Assembly: GCA_966211335.1 (NCBI GenBank)
Contig: CBIHNF010000001.1
Coordinates: 666,773 to 730,772, forward strand
Source of the DNA: an uncultured Alphaproteobacteria bacterium
GTDB lineage: Bacteria > Pseudomonadota > Alphaproteobacteria > Micavibrionales > UBA2020
Length of the DNA stretch: 64,000 nucleotides
Direction of reading: 5' to 3'
Shown: one piece after another, positions 8,489 through 20,046 of the stretch
Layout: every line of letters starts with the position of its first letter
How positions within the stretch are numbered: the stretch's first letter is position 1
The notes under the pieces: model-generated
Told to the model about the DNA's origin: nothing
Seen by the model: the letters and a program-made list of their open reading frames with translations, nothing else
Database searches by the model: none
Program-made: the position numbers and the translations under genes

Positions 8489-10984
8489 TTACGAACGCAG
8501 CACACCGCCGGTTTGTTTCGTCACCGCCTCGACAATTTTATTGCTGAGGGCGGTGATTTCATCATCCGTCAGCGTCTTTTCGACCGGCTGTAGCGTGACC
8601 GAGAGGGCCAGGGACTTCTTGCCGGGTTCGACACCCTTGCCGGTATAGACGTCAAAAATACTCACCGCCGCAATCAGGTTCTTGTCGACGCCCTTGATGG
8701 TGCGGGCAATCTTTTCGGCCTCGACCGCATCATCCACCACAAAGGCGAAGTCACGGCTTAAGGGCTGGAAGGCGGAGGGACGCAGCAGTTCTTTCGCGGT
8801 CGATTTCTTTTTCGCGACGGGCAGGCTTTGCAGGAAGACTTCAAAGCCCGCGAATTTTTCATCCCGCTTCAGCGTCATGAGGACGGAAGGGTGCAGTTCG
8901 CCAAAATGCGCCAGCACCGTGGGGCCAAGGCGCAGGGATCCTGAGCGGCCCGGGTGGTACCATTCCGGCGCGTCATTGCTGACGACAAGGTTGTTGATAT
9001 TGACGCCGCAGTTTTCGAGCACCGCCAGCGCATCCGCCTTGGCATCGAAAACATCGACATCGCGCGCCGGGCCTGACCAGTGGCGCGATACGGCCGCGCC
9101 GCTACGAAGGCCTGTTGCCGTCATCAGCTGGCCTTCGGCCTCGACCGAGCGATAGATATTGCCGATTTCAAACAAAGCGGCATCCGGATAGCCGCGGTCT
9201 GTGTTGCGGCCTGCGGCATGCACAAGGTTCGGCAAAATCGAGGGACGCATCACCGCCAGCTCGACCGAGATCGGGTTGGTGAGGGTGAGGGCCTTTTTAT
9301 TCTGCTGCGCATTCACGCCAAACAAATCGGCTGTCGGCTCGTCCATAAACGACCAGGTGATGGTTTCGCTGAGGCCACGCGCGGCCAGCATGCGGCGCGT
9401 GGAGATGGCGCGTTTGGAAAGGGTGTTGATGGCGGCTCTCCGTTCTTCCGCCGGCGGGCGCACGTAGACGGCGGGGATATTGTCGTAGCCGTGGATGCGC
9501 AGGACTTCCTCCACAATATCGGCGCTGCCTTCCACATCATTTCGCCAAGATGGCCGTACTAAGATCCAAGTGTGTTTATCATGTATCTGATAATCATTTA
9601 AATCCGAAAACGGCGGGGGAGTATTTTCATCGCTAACGCTTTCGTATTGAACATCGTCTTGCTGGTATAGAGATTCGCGAAGTGAAGAAAATCCAAGCGC
9701 TTTCAAAATCTCCTTCTGCTTCTCATGCGGTAGATCGAGACCGCCGAGTGCCAGGAGCTTTTTAGGTGCGTAGATGATTGTTGTGCGCGTAGCAGGTACT
9801 TTACCGGCGGTGACGATTTCGGAAGCAGTGCCGCCGCAGAGGTCGATAATCATCTGCGTTGCCAGTTCCGCGCCCACCGGCGTGAAGGCAGGGTCAATGC
9901 CGCGCTCGAAACGGTAGCGCGCGTCGCTGTCGATCTGCAGTTTCTGGCCGGTCTTGGCAATGGCGAGCGGTGCAAACAAGGCCGCTTCCAAAAACACATT
10001 CGCGGTTGTTTCGGTCACGCCCGTCGAAGTGCCGCCGACGATACCGCCGAGGCCCAGCACGCCGGAGTCATCGCAAATCGCGACCATGCCGTCGTCAAGG
10101 TCATAGGATTTATCGTTCAGCGCGGCAAAGCTTTCGCCTTTTTTCGCATCGCGCACGGTGATGTTGCCTTTCAGCTTGTCAGCGTCAAAGACATGCAAGG
10201 GGCGGTCAAGCGCGATGGTGAAATAATTGGTGATATCGACCAGCGTCGAAATCGGGCGGAGGCCGATGGCTTTGAGTTTATCCTGCAGCCACTGCGGCGA
10301 GGGGCCGTTTTTGACGCCCTTGATATAGCGGCCGATAAACAGCGGGCATTTGGCTTCATCCGCAATCGAGACGGTGACGGGGCTTTTGAACGCGCCCGCA
10401 ACGGGTTTCACGTTTAGCGGCTTCAGCGTGCCAAGGCCGGCGGCAGCCAGATCGCGCGCGATGCCATAAATGCCGGCGCAGTCGCCGCGGTTCGGCGTCA
10501 GGTTGATTTCAATGATAGGGTCGTTGATGCCGAGTGCATCGGCGGCGGGAGAGCCGGTCGGGATAGAATCCGAAAGCTCGATAATGCCGTTATGTTCCTG
10601 GCTCAGTTCCAGCTCCCGTTCCGAACACATCATGCCGTTGCTTTCCTGGCCGCGGATGTTCGATTTTTTGAGCGTGATGCCGGAGCCCGGAATAAAACTG
10701 CCCGCCGGCGCAAACACGCCCTTCATGCCCGCCTTCGCATTCGGCGCGCCGCAGACGACTTTCAGCTGCGCCGAACCGGTATCGACGACAAGGCATTGCA
10801 GCTTGTCGGCATCCGGGTGCTTTTCCGCCGAGAGCACATGCCCGACCACAAAGCCCGCAAAAGCTTTTGCAGGGTCGTTGATGCCTTCCACTTCAAGGCC
10901 GATGGCGGTCAGCTTGGTGCTGATGTCATCCAGCGTTGCGGAAGTGTCGAGATATTCTTTAAGCCAGCTTAAGGTGAATTTCAT
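8489..10984 (-). CDS. pheT: phenylalanine--tRNA ligase beta subunit
   Basis: N-terminal MKFTLSWLKEYL and a tRNA-binding domain, followed by B3/4, B5 (PSWRNDVEG...IHGYDNIP) and the FDX-ACB C-terminus. It lies directly downstream of pheS. Confidence 0.95.
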   Translation of the reverse strand: MKFTLSWLKEYLDTSATLDDISTKLTAIGLEVEGINDPAKAFAGFVVGHVLSAEKHPDADKLQCLVVDTGSAQLKVVCGAPNAKAGMKGVFAPAGSFIPGSGITLKKSNIRGQESNGMMCSERELELSQEHNGIIELSDSIPTGSPAADALGINDPIIEINLTPNRGDCAGIYGIARDLAAAGLGTLKPLNVKPVAGAFKSPVTVSIADEAKCPLFIGRYIKGVKNGPSPQWLQDKLKAIGLRPISTLVDITNYFTIALDRPLHVFDADKLKGNITVRDAKKGESFAALNDKSYDLDDGMVAICDDSGVLGLGGIVGGTSTGVTETTANVFLEAALFAPLAIAKTGQKLQIDSDARYRFERGIDPAFTPVGAELATQMIIDLCGGTASEIVTAGKVPATRTTIIYAPKKLLALGGLDLPHEKQKEILKALGFSSLRESLYQQDDVQYESVSDENTPPPFSDLNDYQIHDKHTWILVRPSWRNDVEGSADIVEEVLRIHGYDNIPAVYVRPPAEERRAAINTLSKRAISTRRMLAARGLSETITWSFMDEPTADLFGVNAQQNKKALTLTNPISVELAVMRPSILPNLVHAAGRNTDRGYPDAALFEIGNIYRSVEAEGQLMTATGLRSGAAVSRHWSGPARDVDVFDAKADALAVLENCGVNINNLVVSNDAPEWYHPGRSGSLRLGPTVLAHFGELHPSVLMTLKRDEKFAGFEVFLQSLPVAKKKSTAKELLRPSAFQPLSRDFAFVVDDAVEAEKIARTIKGVDKNLIAAVSIFDVYTGKGVEPGKKSLALSVTLQPVEKTLTDDEITALSNKIVEAVTKQTGGVLRS

Positions 10985-10998
10985 AGCGGTGATCCTGA

Positions 10999-12075
10999 TT
11001 AAAACGCGGCGTTCGGCTGTTCCATGGGGCCGAAGCCATAGTGCTTCAGCCAGCGGAGATCCGATTCAAAGAAGGTGCGAAGGTCGGGGATGCCGTATTT
11101 CAGCATCGCCACGCGCTCGATCCCCATGCCGAAGGCGAAGCCCTGATATTCTTCAGGGTCAATGCCGCAGTTCTTCAGCACGTTCGGGTGCACCATGCCG
11201 CAGCCGAGAATTTCCAGCCAGTCCTTGCCGGTGCCGATTTTCAATTCGCCGCCTGCACGCGAGCAGCCGATATCCATTTCCGCCGACGGCTCGGTGAAGG
11301 GGAAGAAGCTTGGGCGAAAACGCGTCGGCAGTTCGTCCACTTCAAAGAAGCGCTTGCAGAATTCGATCAGGCAGCCTTTCAGGTGGCCCATATGGGTCGT
11401 TTTATCAATCAGCAGGCCTTCCATCTGGTGGAACATCGGCGTATGCGTCATGTCATAGTCGGAGCGGAAGGTGCGGCCCGGAATAATCACGCGGATCGGC
11501 GGCTTCTGCGACTGCATGGTATGTACCTGCACAGTCGAGGTGTGGGTGCGGAGCAACCGCTTTGCCGCATCGCCCGTTTTGCCCGGCACATCGGGGAAAT
11601 AGAAAGTGTCATGCATCTGGCGCGCGGGGTGTTCCGGCGGGAAGTTGAGCGCGGTGAAGTTGTGGAAGTCGTCTTCAATCTCCGGCCCTTCCGCCACGGT
11701 AAAGCCCATGTCGGCAAAAATCGTGATCATTTCCTCGATGGTCTGGGAAATGGGGTGGATGGTGCCTTTTGTTTGCGGACGCGGCGAGAGGGTGACGTCG
11801 ACTTTTTCTTTTTGCAGGCGCTCGTTCAGCGCGGCTTTCTTGAGTGTATCGGCGCGGGCTTCTATTTCCGCAGTGATTTCGTCTTTCAGGCGGTTGAGCG
11901 CCTGGCCCATTTGCTTGCGCTCGTCCGGCGACAACTGGCCGAGCGTCTGCATGAGGCCCGTCACGCGGCCTTTTTTGCCAAGGGCGGAAACGCGCACCTC
12001 TTCAAGCGCTGTAATATCGTTGGCGGCTTTCACCGTTTCGACAATCTCGATTTTCAAAGCGTCGATGTTGCTCAT
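10999..12075 (-). CDS. pheS: phenylalanine--tRNA ligase alpha subunit
   Basis: Class II aaRS motifs ([26 protein letters not shown]). The start is set at MSNIDALK (ATG at 12075), giving 358 aa. The 437-aa ORF extension overlaps the ferredoxin gene and is rejected. Confidence 0.92.
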   Translation of the reverse strand: MSNIDALKIEIVETVKAANDITALEEVRVSALGKKGRVTGLMQTLGQLSPDERKQMGQALNRLKDEITAEIEARADTLKKAALNERLQKEKVDVTLSPRPQTKGTIHPISQTIEEMITIFADMGFTVAEGPEIEDDFHNFTALNFPPEHPARQMHDTFYFPDVPGKTGDAAKRLLRTHTSTVQVHTMQSQKPPIRVIIPGRTFRSDYDMTHTPMFHQMEGLLIDKTTHMGHLKGCLIEFCKRFFEVDELPTRFRPSFFPFTEPSAEMDIGCSRAGGELKIGTGKDWLEILGCGMVHPNVLKNCGIDPEEYQGFAFGMGIERVAMLKYGIPDLRTFFESDLRWLKHYGFGPMEQPNAAF

Positions 12076-12101
12076 CGTTTTATCCTTATCGTCTTTATCT
12101 T

Positions 12102-12437
12102 TTACGGTTCCGAGCCGGGCGTCAGCGTCACGGCAAGGCCATCCAATTCGGTATTCATGATGATCTGGCAGGACAGGCGCGAATTGTCTTCCACCGCAAA
12201 GGCGGAATCCAGCAGCATATCGTCTTCTTCCTGGCTTTTCGGCGGCAGCCGGTTCAGCCATTCTTCCGCCACATAAACATGGCAGGTGGCGCAGGCCATG
12301 GCCCCGCCGCATTCGGCCTTGAGCCCGAGGGCCGGGTCATTCATCCCGTAATCGCGGATGATTTCCATGACGCGCCAGCCTTCGATGGCTTCGAGTTCGT
12401 GCGCCTTGCCGTCGCGGTCGGTCACGTTCAGCATCAT
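12102..12437 (-). CDS. 2Fe-2S ferredoxin (adrenodoxin/putidaredoxin type)
   Basis: Cys pattern [12 protein letters not shown]...C in a 111-aa protein. Confidence 0.85.
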   Translation of the reverse strand: MMLNVTDRDGKAHELEAIEGWRVMEIIRDYGMNDPALGLKAECGGAMACATCHVYVAEEWLNRLPPKSQEEDDMLLDSAFAVEDNSRLSCQIIMNTELDGLAVTLTPGSEP

Positions 12438-13207
12438 GCCATTCCGCCTTTTTCCAGCCGCACGCGCCCCAGAATTTCTTTCAGGGCGAAGCAGGCAGCG
12501 GGGGTGAGGATGGCGGTGACGAGGAACGATACAGGGGTGCTTAAGGCATAAATCAGGCCAATCACATGGTTTTTATCTTTTATATCGGGCGCAATCACGG
12601 CAAGGACGCAATAAAGCGCAATGCCGACAGGCAGGGCGGCGATGATCGCAAGGCCTAACAGCCGCAGCGAAATGCCCATGCCGTTCACGGCAAAAAAATA
12701 AGGCTTGATAGGGTAATCGACCGCCGCGAGGATATGGGCGACGCCAAAGCGCAAGCCCCAAAGCCCCAAAAACAGCAGCACAAGGCCGATAAGGTTGATG
12801 GCTGAATTTTGTCCCGCATTCGCACCTTGCGTCGCCCACTCCTGAAAACCGAAGATGCCGCTATAGGCCGCGTTGAACAAAAGCCAGATCAGTACGGAAA
12901 CGCGCAAGGCGTAACGGCGGTCCAGCAGGTATTCGCGGTCGTTGGGCAGGGCGTTCACGTGCTCGTCCAGCAGCAGCAGCCGTACCATGGCAAACATGAA
13001 CCAGCCATGCAGGACGGTCGCGGGCAGGCTGATGAGGAAGCCTTCAAAGGCGGTGCTGTTCGGCAGTTGGAAGAAAAAAAACGCCTGCGTTGCGATGCCG
13101 ATGCCAAGGGGCAGAATGCTCAAGCGCAATACTTCCCCGCCGTACTGCCCCAGAAAGGCATAGGCGTTGCGGATGGCGCTGGTGATGCTGAACTGGCTGC
13201 CGCTCAT
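12434..13207 (-). CDS. multi-pass membrane protein, unknown function (257 aa)
   Basis: Several hydrophobic helices. It has a 4-nt overlap with the ferredoxin start. Confidence 0.6.
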   Translation of the reverse strand: MSGSQFSITSAIRNAYAFLGQYGGEVLRLSILPLGIGIATQAFFFFQLPNSTAFEGFLISLPATVLHGWFMFAMVRLLLLDEHVNALPNDREYLLDRRYALRVSVLIWLLFNAAYSGIFGFQEWATQGANAGQNSAINLIGLVLLFLGLWGLRFGVAHILAAVDYPIKPYFFAVNGMGISLRLLGLAIIAALPVGIALYCVLAVIAPDIKDKNHVIGLIYALSTPVSFLVTAILTPAACFALKEILGRVRLEKGGMA

Positions 13208-13256
13208 GAAGTTTTCGTTTTACCTTGAAAAAAATTTCCTTATTACACCACCGGAA

Positions 13257-14297
<1,041 letters not shown>

Positions 14298-14326
14298 CTA
14301 TCAAATAGGCGAAAACGGCAATGAAA

Positions 14327-14929
14327 TCAAGGTTTTTTGGGTTGCGGCAGGGCGGCTGGCGTGGCTGTTGCTGCGCTTACGGCTGGCAAAACCGCCTCAA
14401 GGCCGCTCTCGACCGCCCAAAGCACCAGCTTGTCCTTGTGCTGCGGCTTGATCAGGCCGCCCACAACCGCGGCATCGAAGGTGTTTTTCAGACCGTCGAG
14501 GTAGCTGCCAACCTGTACCAGCACCACCTTCGGCCCGCCTTCATAAATCGCCAGCTCTAATCCCTGCATGGCTTCCCGCAACGTGCCGGGGCCGCCGGGC
14601 AGGGCGAAGCAGGCGACCGGATTATTCAATGTCGACAGGGCTTTAAAGCGTTCCTGCTCGGTCTCCACAAACACCAGTTTCGCGCCGGGCAGCTGTTCTT
14701 CATCGGCATATTTTTTAAGGACGACGGCGGTGACGGTCGATCCTGCTTCCATGGCGGCTTTGGCAACCGCGCCCATGACGCCTTGGGTGCCGGCGCCATA
14801 GGCAATGTCATAGCCCATTTTGCCGAGCAGGGTGCCAAGCGCCTTGGCCGCTTCCATAATGGCGGGATCGGCGGGGGTGGAGGAACCGGCAAAAATCGCG
14901 ACCGAGGGTTTCATGCGCATCGTCTCCAA
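14327..14929 (-). CDS. LOG family / TIGR00730-type Rossmann protein
   Basis: PGGPGTLREAMQ (PGGxGTxxE) motif and an N-terminal IFAGSS segment. Confidence 0.78.
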   Translation of the reverse strand: METMRMKPSVAIFAGSSTPADPAIMEAAKALGTLLGKMGYDIAYGAGTQGVMGAVAKAAMEAGSTVTAVVLKKYADEEQLPGAKLVFVETEQERFKALSTLNNPVACFALPGGPGTLREAMQGLELAIYEGGPKVVLVQVGSYLDGLKNTFDAAVVGGLIKPQHKDKLVLWAVESGLEAVLPAVSAATATPAALPQPKKP

Positions 14930-15037
14930 AGGAAATTGGGTTTTACCATAGTAACCGGCTGGAGGGCTGTCAATATGAAAACAAGTGTCGCGTCAAACGG
15001 TTTAAGACTTTAACCGATTATTGCTATGCTGAACGGC

Positions 15038-15874
15038 ATGAAAAAATACCACCTGCACCTCCTTTCCGATTCCACCGGCGGTACGCTGAACAGCGTCGTC
15101 AAGGCCTGCCTTGCCCAGTTTGAAGGCGTTGAAACGGAACAGCATTTCTGGCCGCTCGTGCGCAGCCAGTCGCAGCTGCTGCAGGTGCTGGAAGGCATCC
15201 GCAAGAACCCGGGGCTCGTCCTGTTCACGCTGGTCGATGACGCCTTGGCGGCGGCGGTGGAGCGGCACTGCCTCAACCTCTTCATCCCCTGCATCTCCAT
15301 CCTCAACCCGGTGCTGCATTTGATGAGCAGCTACTTCGGTATGGAATCGCTCTCCGAACCGGGCTTGCAGCATAAACTCAACGCCGAATATTTCGCGCGC
15401 ATGGATGCGGTGGATTACGCGCTGCACCACGACGACGGGCAGAAGGGCGACAAGGAGCTCGCGAAGGCGGATGTCATCCTCGTCGGCGTCTCCCGCACCT
15501 CCAAAACCCCGACCTGCATTTATCTCGCCAACCGCGGCGTCAAGGCGGCGAATGTGCCTTATGTGCCGGGCATCCCCTTTCCTGAATATGTGCTGACGCT
15601 CACGCGGCCGCTCTTCGTCGCCTTGACGGCATCGCCGGACCGTCTTATTGATATCCGCCGCAACCGTTTGCAGCAGCTCGGCGAAATACGCGATACCGAC
15701 TACCTTGATGAAGGCCGCGTGCAGGACGAGGTCAAGGAAGCGCGCAGATTTTACAGCCGCAACAACTGGCCGGTGATCGACGTCACGCGCCGCTCGGTCG
15801 AGGAAACGGCGGCGGAAATTCTCGGACTGCTCGATGCCCATCGCCTCGACGCGCAGAAAAAGGAAATGCCATGA
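15038..15874 (+). CDS. pyruvate,phosphate dikinase / PEP synthase regulatory protein (kinase/pyrophosphorylase)
   Basis: MKKYHLHLLSDSTGGT N-terminus and P-loop-like GVSRTSKTPTCIYLA. The ORF track starts at 15026. Confidence 0.85.
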   Translation: MKKYHLHLLSDSTGGTLNSVVKACLAQFEGVETEQHFWPLVRSQSQLLQVLEGIRKNPGLVLFTLVDDALAAAVERHCLNLFIPCISILNPVLHLMSSYFGMESLSEPGLQHKLNAEYFARMDAVDYALHHDDGQKGDKELAKADVILVGVSRTSKTPTCIYLANRGVKAANVPYVPGIPFPEYVLTLTRPLFVALTASPDRLIDIRRNRLQQLGEIRDTDYLDEGRVQDEVKEARRFYSRNNWPVIDVTRRSVEETAAEILGLLDAHRLDAQKKEMP

Positions 15875-16722
15875 GCGACAGCACGAATAACGACGACGAT
15901 TTTAAAATGGCCTGCATCCTCGGCTGGCCGGTGTCGCATTCGCTGTCGCCGAAATTGCACGGCTACTGGCTCGATAAATATAAAATCAGCGGCAGCTACA
16001 CAACGCTCGCCGTGCCGGCCGGCACGCTGAAGGCCGCGCTCGACATGCTCATCGCGCGCGGCTTTGCCGGCTGCAATATTACGGCGCCGCTCAAAGAAGA
16101 AGCGCTGTCCCTCATGCAGCACCATGACGAAAGCTGCCTGATGTCCGGCGCCGTCAATACCGTCGTCATCCGCGAGGGCAAGCTCTACGGCTTTAACAGC
16201 GACGGCTTCGGCTTTGTCGAATCCTTAAAAGTCCAGCAGCCGCATTGGGATGGATCGAAAGTCGTCATCCTCGGCACCGGCGGTGCCTCGCGCGGCATTA
16301 TCGCGAGCCTGAAAGCGGCAGGCGCGAAAAGCTTCACCCTCGTCAACCGCACGCCGGAAAAGGCCGAAAAAATCATCAAGGCCTTTTCGCTCACCGATGC
16401 GGAAGTCTACACCTGGGAACGCCGCCACGCGGCGCTGGAAGATGCGACCATGGTCGTCAACTGCTCCAACCTCGGCCAGACGGATAACCCGGAACTGCAG
16501 CTCGACCTTGGCAAGCTCGCGCCCACGGCGACGGTCTGCGACATCGTCTACCGCCCGCTGATCACGCCGCTGCTGGCCGAGGCGCAAAAGCGGGGCAACC
16601 CGATCGTCGAAGGCCTTGGCATGCTGCTGCATCAGGGCCGCCTCGGCTTTGGTTACTGGTTCGGCCGCGATCCGGAAGTATCGGTCGAACTGTATAAATA
16701 CATGGGAGAACTTGCGAAATGA
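15871..16722 (+). CDS. aroE: shikimate dehydrogenase
   Basis: SHSLSPKLHG and NVTAPLK-like (NITAPLK) motifs and the GTGGASRG NADP loop. It has a 4-nt overlap with the upstream gene. Confidence 0.9.
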   Translation: MSDSTNNDDDFKMACILGWPVSHSLSPKLHGYWLDKYKISGSYTTLAVPAGTLKAALDMLIARGFAGCNITAPLKEEALSLMQHHDESCLMSGAVNTVVIREGKLYGFNSDGFGFVESLKVQQPHWDGSKVVILGTGGASRGIIASLKAAGAKSFTLVNRTPEKAEKIIKAFSLTDAEVYTWERRHAALEDATMVVNCSNLGQTDNPELQLDLGKLAPTATVCDIVYRPLITPLLAEAQKRGNPIVEGLGMLLHQGRLGFGYWFGRDPEVSVELYKYMGELAK

Positions 16723-17381
16723 CGACGCCCGGCATCCTCACCCTTGGCCTCACCGGCTCCATCGGCATGGGCAAATCCACCGCCGCCAAAATGCTCGTCG
16801 AGATGGGGCTGCCTGTGCATGACTCAGACGCCACCGTGCATGAACTCCTGGGCCCGAGCGGCAAGGGCGTCGCCCCCATCGCCGCGCTGGTGCCCGATGC
16901 TGTCGCGCATGACGCCAAAGGCGAGCCCTACATTGACCGCCGCCTGCTGGGCCCGTTATTTTTTGCCGATCCCGCGCTGAAGGAACAGGTCGAAGGCATC
17001 CTTTTCCCGCTCGTCCGCCAGTCGGCCGATGAATTTGTGGAAAAGAAAAAGGCAGAAGGCTATCGCGCCGTGGTGCTGGATATTCCGCTGCTGTTCGAAA
17101 CGAAGGGCGAATCCCGCGTTGATAAAATCATCGTCGTGACTGCCCCCGCCGATGTGCAGCGCGAACGCGTGCTCGCCCGCGGGCCGGTGGAGGAGCGCGA
17201 AGCCCGCCTCGAACGCCTCGAAAAAATTCTGCAGGTTCAAACGCCCGACGCCCTGAAACGCCAGAAGGCCGATTTCGTCATCGATACCAGCACCGGGTTT
17301 GACGACACCCGCGCCCAGTTGAAACGCGTGGTCGATAAATTGCTGCCCCCGCCATCCTCCGCCCCGAAGTTCTGCCTGTGA
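16719..17381 (+). CDS. coaE: dephospho-CoA kinase
   Basis: P-loop GLTGSIGMGKST; follows aroE with an ATGA overlap. Confidence 0.9.
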   Translation: MTTPGILTLGLTGSIGMGKSTAAKMLVEMGLPVHDSDATVHELLGPSGKGVAPIAALVPDAVAHDAKGEPYIDRRLLGPLFFADPALKEQVEGILFPLVRQSADEFVEKKKAEGYRAVVLDIPLLFETKGESRVDKIIVVTAPADVQRERVLARGPVEEREARLERLEKILQVQTPDALKRQKADFVIDTSTGFDDTRAQLKRVVDKLLPPPSSAPKFCL

Positions 17382-18160
17382 AAAACCTTATCGCCCTTGT
17401 CGCGCTTGCCTGTTTCTTGCTGCCCGCCGCGGCGCAGGCCGAAACCGCAAAGCCAAAAGCGGAAATCTCCGTCTCCGCCGCGCTGCTGAAAGACCCCAAC
17501 GCCACGGTGGTCGAGCTGTTCACCTCCCAAGGCTGCTCCTCCTGCCCGCCGGCGCAGGCGTTTTTGCAGGACCTCTCCCACCGGCCGGATGTGATCACGC
17601 TGGAATGGCACGTCGACTACTGGGACCAGAACAAGACCTGGACCGGCGGCAGCTGGAAAGATGTCTTCTCAGACAATGCCTGGACGCAGCGGCAGGTCGC
17701 CTACAACAAGCTGCTCGGCACCTCGTCCCGCGCCTATACGCCGGAAATGATTATTGACGGCAAATTTCAGGAAGTCGGCTCCAACCGCGCCAATGTGAAC
17801 GCGATTATTCAGGAAGCGCAGGCGCTGCGCCGACAGAAATTCAAAGTCGTGCCGGGCGTGACGATGGACGGGCATGTGAAGGCCGTCCTCTCCGGCCCCG
17901 GCCTGTCGAAGGACATGAACGTCATCCTGCTGCGCCTGCAGAAGGAAGCCGCGACGGAAGTGAAGGGCGGGGAAAATAAAGGCCAAACGCTGAACAGCCA
18001 CAATATCGTCAAGGGTCTCCTCGTCATCGGCACCTATGGCGGCGGCACCGCCGATTACACCTTTGACATGCCGCATTATAAAACCAATGAAAGCTGCGCC
18101 GTGCTGCTGCAGGACCCGGAAACGCTGCACATTCTGGCGGGCGGCATGTGCACGCTTTGA
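17378..18160 (+). CDS. DUF1223-like secreted thioredoxin-fold protein
   Basis: Signal peptide followed by the ELFTSQGCSSCPPA motif characteristic of DUF1223. It has a 4-nt overlap with coaE. Confidence 0.72.
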   Translation: MKNLIALVALACFLLPAAAQAETAKPKAEISVSAALLKDPNATVVELFTSQGCSSCPPAQAFLQDLSHRPDVITLEWHVDYWDQNKTWTGGSWKDVFSDNAWTQRQVAYNKLLGTSSRAYTPEMIIDGKFQEVGSNRANVNAIIQEAQALRRQKFKVVPGVTMDGHVKAVLSGPGLSKDMNVILLRLQKEAATEVKGGENKGQTLNSHNIVKGLLVIGTYGGGTADYTFDMPHYKTNESCAVLLQDPETLHILAGGMCTL

Positions 18161-18190
18161 AAACCAACATAGAATTGCTAGATTAGAATC

Positions 18191-18907
18191 ATGTTTGAAA
18201 TCGTCCTCGATACAGAAACCACGGGCTTCGACCCGAAAGACGGCCATCGCATTGTCGAGATCGGCTGCATCGAGCTTGAAAATCACCTGCCCACCGGTAG
18301 AGTTTTCCACACCTACCTGAACCCGCAGCGCGACGTGCCGGCGGAAGCCGCCCGTATCCACGGCCTGACAACCGAATTTTTAAAAGACCACCCGCTGTTC
18401 ACGGAAAAAGTCGGCGACTTCCTTGATTTCATCGGCGATACCACGCTTGTCATCCACAACGCAGAATTCGACATGCTGTTTTTGAACCACGAATTGAAAT
18501 CCGCCGGTTTCAAAACCCTGCCCATGCACCGCGTGATTGATACGCTGCCGCTGGCGCGCTCGATTTACCCGGGCCAGCCCGCCTCATTGGATGCCTTGTG
18601 CCGTAGATTCAAGATTGATTTGGAAGCACGCAAATACCACGGCGCGCTTCTCGACTCCCAATTGCTCGCGGAAGTGTATCTGGAACTCAAAGGCGGCCGC
18701 CAGCACGGCCTCGGCCTGCTGTCCGAAGCGGCCGTCGCCGGCTCCGCCCAGCTCAACGCCAAAATCCGCCGCCAGAACCGCGCCCACCGCCACTTCCCCG
18801 CCAACGAGACCGAAATCGCCGCCCACACCGCCTTCGTCGAGAAAATAAAGGCGAATGTCTGGGGCATCAAGCCGCCGGAAAAGCCGGAAGAGAAAAAAGC
18901 TTCGTAA
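18191..18907 (+). CDS. dnaQ: DNA polymerase III subunit epsilon
   Basis: Exo I motif LDTETTG, Exo II HNAEFD and Exo III HGALLDSQLLAEVY. Confidence 0.92.
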   Translation: MFEIVLDTETTGFDPKDGHRIVEIGCIELENHLPTGRVFHTYLNPQRDVPAEAARIHGLTTEFLKDHPLFTEKVGDFLDFIGDTTLVIHNAEFDMLFLNHELKSAGFKTLPMHRVIDTLPLARSIYPGQPASLDALCRRFKIDLEARKYHGALLDSQLLAEVYLELKGGRQHGLGLLSEAAVAGSAQLNAKIRRQNRAHRHFPANETEIAAHTAFVEKIKANVWGIKPPEKPEEKKAS

Positions 18908-18928
18908 AATAAGTTATCTCAAAATTAA

Positions 18929-19213
18929 ATGCCAAAAACACAAACCACTCTTCTTTTTCCAACCTATTCTTTCGTCGGGATTAGCTGCGCTTTTTGGGGT
19001 TTTTTTGTAACCGGATTTGTATCGGTGTCAGAGGAAAATACGGCTCTGCACTTAGCGTTTACATGGGTGCCGATAGCTTTTTTGTTGTTTTCTCTTTTTG
19101 TACCTGTCTGGTATCGGCATAAAGGAAAATTTATACAGGGTTTCTATGCTGCTCTTGGCTCAGCGGTCATTTCAATTCTGCTGGCCGCTTACTTGATGCA
19201 AGGCTGTTGTTAA
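18929..19213 (+). CDS. small membrane protein (94 aa, about 3 TM)
   Basis: Hydrophobic helices in a low-GC ORF. No shadow ORFs, as expected at low GC. Confidence 0.45.
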   Translation: MPKTQTTLLFPTYSFVGISCAFWGFFVTGFVSVSEENTALHLAFTWVPIAFLLFSLFVPVWYRHKGKFIQGFYAALGSAVISILLAAYLMQGCC

Positions 19214-19264
19214 AATATTCAAAATGACCTGAATTTCTTTAAGATACATTGTCACAAAGAACTT

Positions 19265-20002
19265 TTGAGAACTGCGCCGCAAATGCCCCTTCGACAAACA
19301 ATAAATCTAAAAGCTGTGGCAATAGGCTTTCTGACTGCAGCAGGAGTCACCATCTCCGGCATTCTCCTATTCTTGGCAGCAGCAAAACTAATTTCCGCCC
19401 CAATCGCGCTTTGGAGTGAATTCTCCGGAATGGTTTTCGTCGCTACTATATGCGCGGGTGTGGGTGGATATGTTACCGGCCGACTAGCCCGAAGCGCAGA
19501 ATTGGTAAATGGACTCGCCCTAGGCGTCCTTTGCCTCTGCGTCAGCTTATATAACCTCTATGACACATATGTGCACCCGATGACGATTAGTGACGGAGTG
19601 CGTCTTATAAATGTAAACAGTTTGGAGGTCGGCATATTTTCGCTCGTTTCAGTCGTGCCCATCGTATTGTTGGGCGCATACTGTGCGAGGAGAAAGAGCT
19701 TTCGTTCGGCGACGAATACAGAGGCCGCGGTCTTCGACGGGAATGCATTTGTCATTGCATTGTTATTTAGCCCAATTGTCTTGTTGCTCAGCACAGGCGA
19801 ATGTACCTGCATAGGGTTCCCGATGCCTTGGCAAATCTCTTTGGACAACGCTTTATCCATTTCGGCTGTTGGCGTGCTTGGTCTGTACTGGCTCGCATTA
19901 CTCGTTCCAAGATTTGAAAAATTCAAGAAATATAAATTACTCTATATTGCTACAGCATTGGCAACTGCTCACATCCTCTACGACACTTGGATATTTTCGT
20001 AA
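19265..20002 (+). CDS. multi-pass membrane protein (245 aa)
   Basis: At least 6 hydrophobic segments; low GC. Confidence 0.5.
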   Translation: MRTAPQMPLRQTINLKAVAIGFLTAAGVTISGILLFLAAAKLISAPIALWSEFSGMVFVATICAGVGGYVTGRLARSAELVNGLALGVLCLCVSLYNLYDTYVHPMTISDGVRLINVNSLEVGIFSLVSVVPIVLLGAYCARRKSFRSATNTEAAVFDGNAFVIALLFSPIVLLLSTGECTCIGFPMPWQISLDNALSISAVGVLGLYWLALLVPRFEKFKKYKLLYIATALATAHILYDTWIFS

Positions 20003-20046
20003 TGGAAGTTACTTATCAAATTTCTTGAATTGTCCACTGGAGTAAA

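Noticed and set aside
12076-12312. 79-codon N-terminal extension of pheS given in the ORF track (437 aa)
   Set aside because: The extension overlaps the ferredoxin gene in another frame and is Arg/Gly-rich. PheS homology begins at MSNIDALK, and 358 aa is the normal length.
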